Below are positions 1-11,690 of a DNA stretch of 64,000 nucleotides, piece by piece; position 1 is the stretch's first letter; every line of letters begins with the position of its first letter. Location: positions 29,636,001 through 29,700,000 of the forward strand of contig NC_091480.1 in the NCBI RefSeq assembly GCF_036971445.1, written 5' to 3'. This DNA is from Narcine bancroftii (lineage: Eukaryota). Under the pieces are notes generated by a model. That model worked only from the letters and a program-made list of their open reading frames with translations. It was not told where the DNA came from and did not search any database. The position numbers and the translations under genes were made by a program.

Positions 1-189
1 AGAAACCAACGTGTGGTTCTTGTATGAGAATAGTTTCATTCTAGGGGTATGAAATTCCTGCAATAAAATATCACGCTGAATTGACAGAAGAGTTGTTTGG
101 TTCTTTGGGGGATTATCTTCATTGGGAGTAAATAGGAAGAAATCATGGTATTGGGATTCTGTGCACTAGTGTTAATTTCTTAGGATTTC

Positions 190-410
190 ATTGCATGGGA
201 AGGGAATTGGTTTATTGGGATATTGTACAATGGGAGTGAATGGGGAGGTGCTGTGTTTATTAGGATTCTGTACCTTGGGAGTGAATGGGGAGGGGATTGT
301 TTTTTGGGGATTTTGTGCAATGGTGGTGAATGGGACGGACAGTCCATTGGGAATTTGTAGAATGGGAGTTCTTGAAGAGGGATTTTGTTTATTAGGAGTC
401 TTCACAATGA
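190..410. repeat. Degenerate ~45-bp minisatellite
   Basis: Recurring ttattgggattytgt...tgggagtgaatggggagg units; explains ORFs 172..405 and 191..607. Confidence 0.6.
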
Positions 411-1233
411 AACGAGCTCATCTCAAAAAAGGATCCAGACTGGAAACATTGACTGATGATTTCCCTCCATGGATGCTGAGTCCCTTCAGCTTCTCATTAT
501 TCACTCAAGGTTCTAGCCCTTGTGGTTCTTGTGTTTCTACAAATAAAGCCTGTCTCCAAACTGCACTGCAAAAAGACTCTTGCCCACTGGAGATGAATTA
601 CTCCTGATCAGGGAAGACTATCACTAAAGCTCAGCCTTACTTTCTCTTCTCTTCCTAAACAATTTCAAGTTCAGGTTTATTGTCATATCTCCCAAGACAA
701 GATGGTCAATCCAGACGTAACCAAGCTGTGTAATTCCAGAGGAAGAACCTGGGAGACAGCTGCTCTATGGTCTCTCTTGCCAGTAGAGCAATGTCAATAT
801 AACCTGGTATGAGTTTACATTACATGGTGAAGAAGAGAGAGCCGAAAAGGATAAAGGAGGCTTAGAGAGGCTGTTGAATAAAGTGAATGTAGGAGAGAGG
901 TCTAAACATGAGTAGGTTTGATGAATCTTATGAGGAATAAAACTATATGTAATATCTCATCGCTTTGCCTTCTCCGAGTGCTCCAAGTGTGGTCTCACCA
1001 ACATCTTGTGCAGTTGTAACATGGTGTCCCTGCTCCTGTACTCAGTGCTCTGGTCAATAAAGGGAAGAGTGCTAAGCCCCTTCTTCAACACCCAGTCCAT
1101 TTATGTCACCACCTTCGTGGAACCATATACCTGGGCCCATCAGCCTCTGTGTTCTATAATACTCTGTCCCTCTGATGGGCCTGGAGGGTCTGCCACAGAG
1201 CCAGAGGTGAAGGGGATGTAAAGATTTTCTTAC

Positions 1234-1342
1234 TTGTCATGTTTATTGGCCAATACCACAACAGCAATGATGAAGAATGTAGATATCACTCCACATACGA
1301 TCATGATAAAGGAGAGTTGGTCAGGTTCCGTTTGACACATAT
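1234..1342 (-). CDS. IL21R: IL21R-like coding exon 6 (transmembrane); gene continues beyond window start
   Basis: Acceptor tgtcctctccag, donor gtaaga; 109 nt, phase 1 to 2; DMCQTEPDQLSFIMIVCGVISTFFIIAVVVLANKHD hydrophobic segment. Confidence 0.85.
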
Positions 1343-2113
1343 CTGGAGAGGACAAAAAAGAAACAGCAGGCTTTGTACAATTTCTTGTTTCTTGTGCTTT
1401 TTCTGAGCTGAAATGGTGCCTGTAGTAGATTGTTATCATTTTCCTGGTACAATCTAACCACCTGACCAGTGAATGCGGAGAGAAGGCGGGAGCAGAGACA
1501 CAAGCACAGGCGTGAATGCGGGAGCGATGCCTACTGTTGCCAAACAGCTAATAGACGGTCAGTGCTCGGGTTCACATGTGAAGATGGATCAGGGATCGAC
1601 TTTCAAAGGCCTGGACCCAAGTGAACCAACTGGACAGTGAGGCCCGAAGGCATGGCCCAACTTGGTGACCTCTGACCTCGGTGCTAATTGGAAAAAGCTG
1701 ATTGGTAGGGAAGTGGAGGAGTCAATGCAACACAGTCCCAGGTCACAAAGGCGACACTTAGAATTGGAAGGGAACTGGGGAATAATGTGCCAAAATTAAT
1801 TATCTGTGCAGTTAAAAGTAGAACACTCCCAACCACAAAGTATCAAGGGAGCAGGTGAGGGAGTTACCTCCCTCATTCCCATGCCTTGTCCTCTAAAGAT
1901 GCCACTCCTGACTCAAGCCCCATAGTTCTACTCTTCCTTGTCTACCATCTCACATTCCCTACATGGCATACTTTCCTCTTCACATCTTATCCAACTCCTC
2001 ATCTCATCTCCTCCCCTCCACATCCACCACCCTCCTCCCTCACCTTCCTCTGCAGCCTGTTGACCACCCCCAGCCCCTCCCAACCCTTCGTTCACCTTGT
2101 AATCTGCCTGAGG

Positions 2114-3097
2114 CAGCCCTGGCATCACCAGGGGGGCAGTGCTAATTTTCTAGGTGCTGGAGCTCACCAAAAATGACAGCAAGGAGGTGCCAGAGCCGCC
2201 CCAAGAGGTGCCTGGAGCGGCCAGCACTGCGCCCCTGTGTGCCACTAAGGGGGTACAGACTACACTGGGTGACATCATCGGGGGATGACACCAAAATGAC
2301 TGTCAATAAAATTTTTGTGCAGTGTTTCAGCAGAAATGTATTATTTTTTTATAAAAATATCCCTGTAGTTAGTTATAACAACAAAAACATTTTTGTAAGC
2401 CCAGCTTACATGTATCTATATACCTACAAGGCTAAAACTCTATGCTCATTTACTTTTTGGACCTTCTAATGTCCTCCGGTCAGAGCTGTCATTATTACCC
2501 AATTACAATGATGCTTCAAATCATGTGGTTTCATCTGCACGTGCTACAAGCAAGCGCTGTTGTTTTTGTTGCTGTTAGTGTTTTTATAGTTGCTGCTTTT
2601 GTCAAATTTTCTGGTGTTTTAGTTACAATATTGTGGGAATTAGTATTTGTGAACCTAGATCAATAACATTTTTTGAGAATGAAGTAGTAATTAAAGGAAA
2701 AAGAAGGAGAAAAATCTAAAAAGCTTCCGCTCAGTTACTAATAATGTAGCCATTCAAAGTAGAAAGATTTTACAAAACAATTTTGTTGTTAGTCTTCATA
2801 TAATCTAAGAAATATTACATTTAAGCAATTTACAACTATATTTATCACATATTATTCTATATTTTTACTATTATATATACATTTAGGCTGAGCGTATGAT
2901 ATTGTAATTTAAAGGTGTAATTTTAATTTTGCTAATTGTTTATCTCACTACTATTGCCATTACATTTAGTGATTATGGGAATTACAATTTACGAGAAACA
3001 TTAGTACTAAAAACATTACTAAGGATTCTGTATGGTCTGGTCCATGGGGTGTGGAGGGTGACACCATGAGTTACCACACTGGGTGACATCAACCTTA
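2114..3097 (+). mobile_element. Non-autonomous hAT-like (Tip100-type) DNA transposon with a nested mini-MITE
   Basis: Subterminal repeat acactgggtgacatca at 2262-2277 and 3076-3091; AT-rich core; family inferred from terminal motifs. Confidence 0.5.
2129..2237. mobile_element. ~109-bp MITE, 15-bp TIR CAGGGG(G/C)GCAGTGCT
   Basis: TIRs at both ends; an inverted copy lies at ~19248-19352. Confidence 0.7.
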
Positions 3098-3181
3098 AGA
3101 GCCAGGTGGAGTTTGCAACTCTACCCTCCAACCCCACCCTTCCAGTGGTAACCACCCCTCCCATCTTGTGTGGCCTCTTAC

Positions 3182-3350
3182 CTGTTCTCCACTTCACTGG
3201 GGGGCTCCAGTCACTCCAGACTGCCTTATAATCAGAGGTCATTGCTGGGCGAGTGCGGATCTGAGCCACATGTTCGGTGTCTTGTTCTAGCTCTGAGAAG
3301 ACCAGCCGGAGGACCCTCTGGTTACTTCCCTCGTGCTTAATTTTCTGGAG
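3182..3350 (-). CDS. IL21R: IL21R-like coding exon 5 (D2b with WSDWS motif)
   Basis: Acceptor tttcaatctacag, donor gtaaga; 169 nt, phase 0 to 1; LQKIKH...AQIRTRP...YKAVWSDWSPPVKWRT contains the WSXWS motif. Confidence 0.92.
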
Positions 3351-3469
3351 CTGTAGATTGAAAAGAACAGTTCAGTGCACCACTCATCACTGCTCTGGTC
3401 TACCTCATCGTGTTTGGAATCACGCAGCTTCTTAGCAGATAACCCTGGATGTAGTCAGCCTGGTTCAGT

Positions 3470-3682
3470 GGGGAGCTCTATGGAAGGGTCAGTACTGAGT
3501 GAGCGTTGCACTGTGGGAAGGGCAGTACTGAGGCAATGCTGCACGTTCAGGTGAAAAAGTGCTGAGTGAGCGTTGCACTGTGGGAAGGGCAGTACTGAGG
3601 CAATGCTGCATGTTCAGGTGGGAAAGTGCTGAGGGAGTGTTGCACTGTGGGGGGGGGGGGGCAGTGCTGAGGAAGTGCTGTA
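3470..3682. repeat. Tandem ~30-bp satellite (gcactgtgggaagggcagtactgag...)
   Basis: About 6 degenerate units; related inverted remnant at ~9560-9640. Confidence 0.7.
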
Positions 3683-3863
3683 ATATTAAAGGGACAGATT
3701 TTTTGTTGTATATATTCAGAAACTGGACATCACATGCAAGACCAACATTTATTGGTCATTCTTCATTGCCCCTGAGAAGGTGAACTCTCTTCTCGAACCT
3801 TGCACTCTTTTGGATGAAGGTACTCCCACAGTCCTGTCAAGATGGGGCTTCCACGATTTAGAT

Positions 3864-4215
3864 CAATGGTTTTCAAACTGCCCGCCTAAACTCTGTAATC
3901 CCTATGCCATTGAGTCTCTGTGATTAGTAAGGGATTGCATAAGGTGGTATGCGAGTGAGAAGGAATGGTTGAGAATCACTGCCCTAGACCCAATCATTAA
4001 TGAAATATTTTGCTTGAGAAAAATTGGTCCATTTCCTTTGGCATTATGAAACCGTGAACCTAATATCAATTAGGTATGATTAAAACAGTGGTTTTCAACT
4101 ATTTCTTCTCGCTCACATACCACCTTAAGTAATCCCTTACTAATCACAGAGCACCTATAGCATAGGGAATGCTTAAGGTGGAATGTGAGTTTGGGGGGAA
4201 GTTTGAAAACGAGTT
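3864..4215. mobile_element. Composite hAT/Charlie-type MITE (two inverted subunits around a spacer)
   Basis: Termini CAATGGTTTTCAAACT...AGTTTGAAAAC; exact 8-bp TSD atttagat (3856-3863 / 4216-4223). Confidence 0.85.
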
Positions 4216-4529
4216 ATTTAGATCTAACAATGATGAAGGAGCAGTGAGATACATTTCCAAATCAGGACAGTATGACTCAGATGGGGACCTGCATGTGCTG
4301 GTGCTCTGCCGTATCCTTCCTACTGGGATTGTGAAGTGCTCCCAGAATGGCAAGTAATCTCCATATAATTAGTGATGGCGAACATGCTTGAAATATCTGC
4401 TGGATGGATTGTTAATCATGCTTAAACCTCCAGTGCTGATTCACCACCCATGGAATCAGACTACAGGAAGGGGATCTCTCAGCTCTCAGTCCATTCACCA
4501 TCCATTCCAGCCACAGCTCTCCTCCTAGC

Positions 4530-5693
4530 TTTCAGATTTCAGATTTATTGACAGAGGACATACATGACATCACATGCAACCTTGAGATTTCTTTTTCCTG
4601 TGGGCGCGGCAGAATTACCACTAATTGGTAGCACAGAAAATAAACTGTACACAGCATAAAACATAAACAAATAAAATAACTGTTAGCAGATAACAAATGA
4701 AAGAAACTGATAGTGCAACACAGAGAGAACTAAAAGAAAATCTATAAAGTGCACAAGTAAGAGTCCTTAAATGAGCCTCTGAGTTTGTTACTGAGGATTC
4801 TGATGGTGGAGGGGTAGCAACAGTTCCTGAACCTGGTGGTGCATGTTTTGTGGCACCTAGACCTCTTTCCTGATGACAGCAGCGAGAACAGAGCATGTGC
4901 TGGGTGGTGTGGATCTTTGATGATTGCTGTTGCTCTCCAACAGCAGTGTTCCCTGTAGATGTACTCAATAGTAGGGAGGGTTTTGCCTGCTATGTTCTGG
5001 GCTGTGTCCGCTACCTTTTTGGGGGAGGGGGGTCTTTACACTCAGAGATATTGGTGTTCCCATAGCAGACTGTGATGCAGTCAGTCAGCACACTTTCCAC
5101 CACACCTCTGCAGAAATTTACCAGGGTTTCTGTTGTCATACCAAACCTCCGCAAACTCCTGAGGAAACAGATGTGCTGATGTGCTTTCTTCACAATGCCA
5201 TTGGTGTGTTGGGTCCAAGATAGATCCTCCAAGATAGTGACTCCCAATGACTTAAATTTGCTCACCCTCTCCACTTCTGATCCCAAAATGATCACCTGGA
5301 TTGTATATTTTTCTCATGTTCCCCACACCTTGATGAAGGGCTCAACCCCAAAACGTTGGTGATGTATTTTCACCGTTGCTACATAAAGGCACTGTTTGAC
5401 CTGTTGAGTTTCTCCAGCATTTCTGTGTTTTTTCACCTGGATTGTATATGTCTGGCTTTCCTTTCCTGGTCAACAATCAGCTCCTTAGTATTGGTTACAT
5501 TGAGTCCAAGGCACCATTCAGCCTAGTTTTCAGTCTCCCTCCTGTACGCTGACTCATCCCCTTCCTTTATACAACCCACTATTGTGGTATCGTCGGCAAA
5601 TTTGTAGATGGTGTTGTTGTTGTACAGAGCCACAGAGTTGTAGGTGTAAAGTGAGTAGAGCAGGGGGCTAAGAATAATCTCCACATTCAATCC
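4530..5693 (-). mobile_element. Rex1/Babar-type LINE 3' fragment (decayed RT)
   Basis: Minus-strand KFADDTT and ...SKFKSLGVTILEDLSW...FLRSLRRFG; tail caataaa(tctgaaa)n. Confidence 0.75.
5309..5432 (+). mobile_element. Penelope-derived short insertion with hammerhead-like motif
   Basis: 17-bp TSD tcacctggattgtatat (5292-5308 / 5433-5449); cttgatgaagggctcaaccccaaaacgtt core. Confidence 0.75.
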
Positions 5694-6638
5694 ACCTTAG
5701 CTGCTCTTTTAGAGAGGGAAGAGGACGATCACATTTTGCGTGATGTGGAGTCGAGGAGTGGAATGGCAGAGCAATACCTGTATCCACCACTGGAGGGGGC
5801 TGCAGATTGACAATTTGATTAATTTTAGATTTCTACTATCATCAGTAACTTGTAATTCTATTCTGGCTTCCTGCAGCATCTGATATCTAACTGTTTAATC
5901 CCACTCTTTCCACACTGCCTCTACATTTTAATCTTTTCCAGTCTACTCAATCTCCCCATTCATTTCTGTAATATCTCACCACTCTAAACTTCTTTCACAT
6001 TTTAATTTTTCACATATTCTAAACCACTCTCAATACCAGCCAACCAGTTTAACCCCACCCTCTCCTGCATATTTAAAATCTTACCCAGTGCAATCCAACT
6101 CACTCCTCAATCTCAAACATTTATAACCAATGTAATCCCTCTCTCCCTTCATTTCCCAAATTCTTTAATATTCCACCTAATTTATTCCCTGTATTCATTC
6201 ATATCCCAAACAGGATGGTGATTCCAAGATGGAAATACATAATCCCAGAGGCAACAGTGGGGATTTTGAATTCAGTTAATTAACGGAACTGGTTAACGTA
6301 GTGGTTAGTGAAATGCTATTACAGTGCCAGCGAATGGGACTGGGGTTTAACTCCTGCGCAAAGAATGGAGGATATGGATCACATGCAAGCAGCGGGATTT
6401 CATTTAGTTTGGGTACATGGTTAGCACAGACATTGTGGGCCAAAGGGCCTGATCCTGTGCTGTACTGGTCTATATTTTCTGTGAAACTGTCCCCTTTAAG
6501 AGCACTTGCTTCTGGTGCCTTTGAGATTAGACACTTTGATAACAGGGCAAAAGGTAGTGGCACGCTTTTAGAATACAGAAGCTCCACAAAATTGAACCCT
6601 ACCATTAAGTATCAAAAAGAATGAGTTTGCAGTCCTAC

Positions 6639-6790
6639 CTCCCAATCATCTTGCATCCTCTTGTATCTCAGCTCGTACTCAAATTCCTTCACGTAATCTG
6701 TCTCATCATAGGCAATTTGCCATGTGAAGTTGTATGTCTCACAGGGAGCTTCATGGGAGATGCTGAGATTGAATGGAGCAATAAGTTTAA
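6639..6790 (-). CDS. IL21R: IL21R-like coding exon 4 (FNIII D2a: KLIAPFNLSI...YNFTW...EYELRYK...DDWE)
   Basis: Acceptor ttttctccccag, donor gtagga; 152 nt, phase 1 to 0; PFN, YNxxW and YELxY motifs as in IL21R. Confidence 0.88.
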
Positions 6791-7377
6791 CTGGGGAGAA
6801 AAATGCATCATTTAGAAATTTGAATAATGAAATTCTCCAACGCACAAGGTCTCCCTGAAGTTGCCCACACGAAGAAGCTGGTGGGAAAGTGGAGGTATAG
6901 GAGTTAAAGTTGAGTGGAGCAAGACCATCGACAAAAGCTGATGTTGGACATGCACAGACATGGGGTCAAGTTGAAAAGAACAGCAGGAAGGGCACTGAAT
7001 AGCGCTTTCCCTTCCCCAAATTACTGGAATTCAATTGTAAGATAGAACCTTAAAGCCCATTTGAACTAGAACGAGAACACAAGCTTTCCAAGTGAGAAAC
7101 TTTGATGGAAAAAGAGAGAGGAAGGGGCAGTCAGAGAAAGGGTGGGGAATAGTAATCAGTCAATATATATCAGAAGAATGAGAGAAGTAAAGGAGAGAGA
7201 AAGACAGATAGGGACAGAGGGGGAGAGAATACAAGCAGGACTGTTTGCTGGGCCAACACAAGAGGAACCTTGCTCTGTTTAGTCCACCGTGTGCCTCTCA
7301 TGCAGTTTTTAAATGGGAAAGGATTACACCTTCCCTTCTTTCCTTTGATCCTTCTGCAAAGGTGCTTTGATACTCAC

Positions 7378-7574
7378 TGTTTTGTGAAGTGTCAAAGTCA
7401 GGGCATGCTACATTGCTGGTCTCCATTCCCATGCTTCTCGTGGTGAGGCTCATACTGTAGTTTTCCATTGTGATCCCATATTCGTGGTAGAGTTGACAGC
7501 TGCACACAGCAACCCCACTGCTCGCATCAGAACACGAGGATGCATTCAGGCTACAAGACAATGCCTCATCCACA
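7378..7574 (-). CDS. IL21R: IL21R-like coding exon 3 (D1b: VDEALSCSLNASSCSDASSGVAVCSCQL...NVACPDFDTSQN)
   Basis: Acceptor ctctcttttag, donor gtgagt; 197 nt, phase 2 to 1; DEALSCSL resembles human IL21R DEATSCSL. Confidence 0.85.
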
Positions 7575-7853
7575 CTAAAAGAGAGAAAATGTCGCACATT
7601 CCGAGGACAGGCAACAAAATACCAGGGAGCCCATTCTGTCCTGTAAACCCGCTTGATTGATACCTCAAACAGCAAGGAGCGATGATGCTTTCCTAAGGGA
7701 GAATAGAATCTGGAAGATATTGGCTCCATTTCTCCATTTAGTATATCCATTGGCTGCTCTCAATCTCCAACACTCACTATGAATATATACCAGCCAACAT
7801 CGGGAGTTTTCCATCTTTCATTGTCTCAAACTCACTGAGAAGCAGATTCCTGT

Positions 7854-9305
7854 AGCCGCTTTCAGGTGCTTGGATGCAGATAATGCGCCGGCAGACACGA
7901 CTGGGGGAGTGCAGCGGGACATTCAGGTGGCCACGGAGAAGACGCCTTTATGACACCTAACAGGCTTCTTCAGGTGCATTCTCTGTCCCTTGAATTGTCA
8001 TTCAGGTGGCAGCGCTAAAACCACTGTGGGGCGGCCGGCACGGGCTGTCAGTGTGGGGACGTCCCATGCGTGGCATCTCCAGAGCTGGCCACCTGAAGGG
8101 ACAGCTGCACCAGATGTGCCTCTGAGCACACTCTGGCTCCTGTCCCTTTGGGCTGTCAGGTTTGGGATGGCTGGCTGTCAGAGCTGGGACAGCCAGCGCA
8201 GGCTATCAGCACAGGGATCTCCCACGTGGGACTTCCCCACACTGACACCACTGCCCCGCTCCCCCAAAAGCCCGACACAAGCCCCCACACCTGCCCCCCC
8301 AACAGCCCGACACGAGCCCACACACCTCCCCCCAAACAGCCCGACACGAGCCCCCACACCTGCCCCCCCAACAGCCCGAAACAAACTCCCACACCCGCTC
8401 CCCCAACAGTAGCACCCCCAACAGCCTGACACGAGCCCCACACCCGCTCCCCCAAAAGCCCGACACAATCCCCCACACCGCAGGGCGGCCAGCGTGGAGA
8501 TGCCACGCATGGGACGTCCCCACACTGACAGCCCACGCCGGCCGCCCCACAGTCCAGGGACCCACGTTGGGCCGCCAGGAGAGCTGGGTAGCAGTATGGG
8601 GACATCCCCACACTGACCGCCCCACAGTGCAGGGACTCACGCCGGGCCACTGGGAGAGCTGGTGCGGGTACCCATGATGGGCTGCCAGGAGAGCTGGATA
8701 GCGGTATGGGGACATCCCCACAGTGCCAGGCCGTTGGGAGAGCGGGGTAGTGGTATCAGTGTGGGGATGTCCCCGTGCTGACAGCCCACGCCGACTGCGC
8801 CTGACCTGACATCCCACGCAGGGGGGCAGGGGCAGCTGGGAGAGGAGCTGTCAGGCGCTTGCCGACTAACTGTCATCCCCTTAGCAGCTGCTTTCAGGTG
8901 GCTGCATTCATGTGCATGGGGTGACCTCACTACTCCGGCAATTATCCCTCCCAGAGGAGGGTTCAGAGTTTGCCTCACAGGCACCTCCTGCGCTTTCAAG
9001 TGGCCTCCCGACAGCCGCATATTGGCATAATATGCGGCTTTACAAGCAGGGAATTTAGCCACCTGAAAGTGCTTACCTGAACATGCTGGCTGAAGTAGAG
9101 CCGCGTCCGAGCGAACGCCGGCTCCTGTGGACTATGGCCGTAGTCCCACTGCTGCCTTCAGGTGCAACAGGGGATTCTCCGAGCCAGAGAATATACCTAC
9201 AGGAGGAGGGTTAGGTGAGTGCTCCTCCTGGCCGGGTTCTCCACTTTCAGGTGGCCACCGACAGCCACATTAGGAGTTGGGTATTTTGGCCACCTGAAAG
9301 CGGCT
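7854..9305. mobile_element. GC-rich non-autonomous TIR element (PIF/Harbinger-like)
   Basis: 15-bp perfect TIR AGCCGCTTTCAGGTG; many internal ttcaggtg/cacctgaa copies; 59-bp internal inverted repeat; ~33-bp tandem array at 8260-8480. TSD imperfect (tgt/tga). Confidence 0.7.
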
Positions 9306-10199
9306 TGAGAAATCTGTTCCTTTGCGATGTAACTAGTTTGGCACAAGAGCCGCAGAGAGCAGTGAGTCGATAATCAGGCTTATAAATGTTTGGTGATCCA
9401 AAAATATCGAGTGTTCAATTCATTAAAGTAGTCCCACCTTATCTTTTGGGCCCATTTGAGGAATAGACAATGCTCAGATCCTTGTCTCAACCAAGAGATG
9501 TCGCCGCATCTTTCAAGATCGATTGTTTTGTTGTTTTGATGAGGTCACAATGTTGACCAGTACTCCTACACACTGCTCCCCCCACGGTGAGGCACTCCGT
9601 CAGCACTGATCCTCCCACATTACAATGTTCCCTCAGTATAGATCATGACCTAACAATCCTTTTCGCAAAGCATTAAAGACAGACATTTTTAAAGAAGTGA
9701 AAATCTCAGTTCCGCCCGTTAGCCATTCAGCAGCTTGGAATCACATTCAGGATAACCAACCTCATTCTCCCCTCCCAGAGAGATCCAATAACCTGTAAAT
9801 CACAGCTCTTCCAATCCACACCCAACTGATCAGACATTTTTTTTAAATTTACGCAACTGTGCCACCTTGGTGAGGGCTTCTGTCTCTCCTACATTTCCTG
9901 GCAGCATGTTCCTGATCCCAAGACTGGTCCACTATTCCATATGACCACACTGATTTATGCTGGCCTCAACTTCTGTGCTAGTTTCCAATGGCTTTCAATT
10001 TCTCGATCTTTCAGATATTTATCTACGTATCTCTATCTAATAATCCACCCTTCACCATCCTTGGAGGCAGAAAATTCCATAGATTCAACACCCTTTGATA
10101 GGAGATGTTACCTCATACCTCAGTTTTAAATAACTAGCCTCTTATTTTGTGGAGATGTCTTCTTGTCAAGATGCCCCTACTAACAAAAATATCTCAACA

Positions 10200-10728
10200 A
10201 CAGACCATAGCAACAGATGTAGGAGCAGATTTAGGCCACTCAGCCCATCAAGTCTGCTCCACCATTCCGATCATGGCTGAAAATTCTTCCTCTCAACCCC
10301 ATTCGCCTGTCCCCTTCCGCCAATCTTTGACACACTTACTGATCAAGAACCTATCAACCTCCACTTTAAATCTACCCAATGACTTGGAGTCCACAGCTGT
10401 CTTGGCAATGAACACCACTACCCTCTGGATGTAGGAACTTCTCATCTCTGTTTTAAAAGGACATCCTTTTATTCTGAGGCCCGCCCTGCCCTCTGGTCCT
10501 AGACTCTCCCACTATTGGAAACATCTCCACATGCACTCCAACCAGCCCATTCAATATTTCATAGGTTTCAATGATATGACTCCTCATCCTTCTGAATTCC
10601 AGTGAGTAATGGCCCAGAAGCATTAAATGTTCCTCGTACGTTATCATTTTCATCCCCAGAATTGCAAACCTCTTTTGGTCCCTCTCCAACGCCAGCACAC
10701 CCTTCCTTTGACATGGAGCCAAAAACAT
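10200..10728 (-). mobile_element. CR1 LINE 3' fragment
   Basis: ...LLGHYSLEFRRMRSHIIETYEIL resembles the CR1 ORF2 C-terminus, followed by 3' UTR. Confidence 0.75.
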
Positions 10729-11690
10729 TTACCGTCAAAGCCCCTTAGGAATTTAAATGTTTAAATAAGGTGACCCCTTCATTCTTCAAAACACAGAAGG
10801 CCATTCAGCCCATTGAGTCTATATTGGCTCTCCACTGGAGCAACACATTCAATCCACCACTCACCCCTTCTCTGTAGCCTTGCACAATACCCTCACATTG
10901 TATTTATCCAATTCCTTTTGAAGGCCACGATGGAACCAGTTTTTGCCATGTCTGGGGTCAGTGCAGTCCAGATCCAGTGACAGTGCATCAAAAAGTTCAT
11001 CCACACTTTATTCTCTTCTCCTTTATTTCCTACCTGTGACTCCCTGTCCTTAAATTCAAACCCCCACTCTACCCCCAGTCCCACCACAGAAGCAGCCTCC
11101 CATCCATGGAAGGTATCTATGTAAGCCACAAGCTCAAGAAGGCAGCCTGCATCATAAAGTTTGCCCTTTATCCTCAACACGACCTCTTTCTGCTGCAACC
11201 TTCGGGCAGTCAGTTTGAAAACCTGCGCCTACCTCTAGATTCAACATCAGGTTTTTCTTCCCCAACGGATATCAGGCTCTTGAACCTCCTCAAGCTACCC
11301 TAACTATCAACTCCCACAGGAGCACCATTGCAGTGAACCAAGATTCACTGGTAATGAGTTGTGCAGATGGCTGGCTCCTCCCCCATCTACCCACATATAA
11401 CCTAGATTCCCGCCTAAACCCTGATCCCTCCCTACAGTGAGACCCTACTTTTTGTTCTCCCTCCAGTCATGAAAGCTTTTATTTGCGCTACAACCGTACA
11501 AGCTGTATAATTAAAAGATTATACTTTTGCTTTAGCTACAACTGTGAATATTTACTTACCTAACTTTTTGTCTTATTATCTCTTTTTCTGTCTTCTGCCA
11601 CATTACAGTAATGTGTTTTTGTGGTGGTACACCACTGGCCTACTGCAGGGGGCAACACCTGTACCTGCAGGAGTGTACCATCGGCCTACT

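Noticed and set aside
172-607. Pro-rich and Gly-rich ORFs
   Set aside because: Translations of a ~45-bp minisatellite.
1-1233. Box1/cytoplasmic exon of the receptor
   Set aside because: No phase-2 exon with a PxP Box1 motif and proper splice sites found; it probably lies outside the window.
3470-3682. CRISPR-like array
   Set aside because: Eukaryotic tandem satellite without unique spacers.
7990-9062. Overlapping long ORFs
   Set aside because: GC-rich repeats inside a TIR element; no domain motifs.
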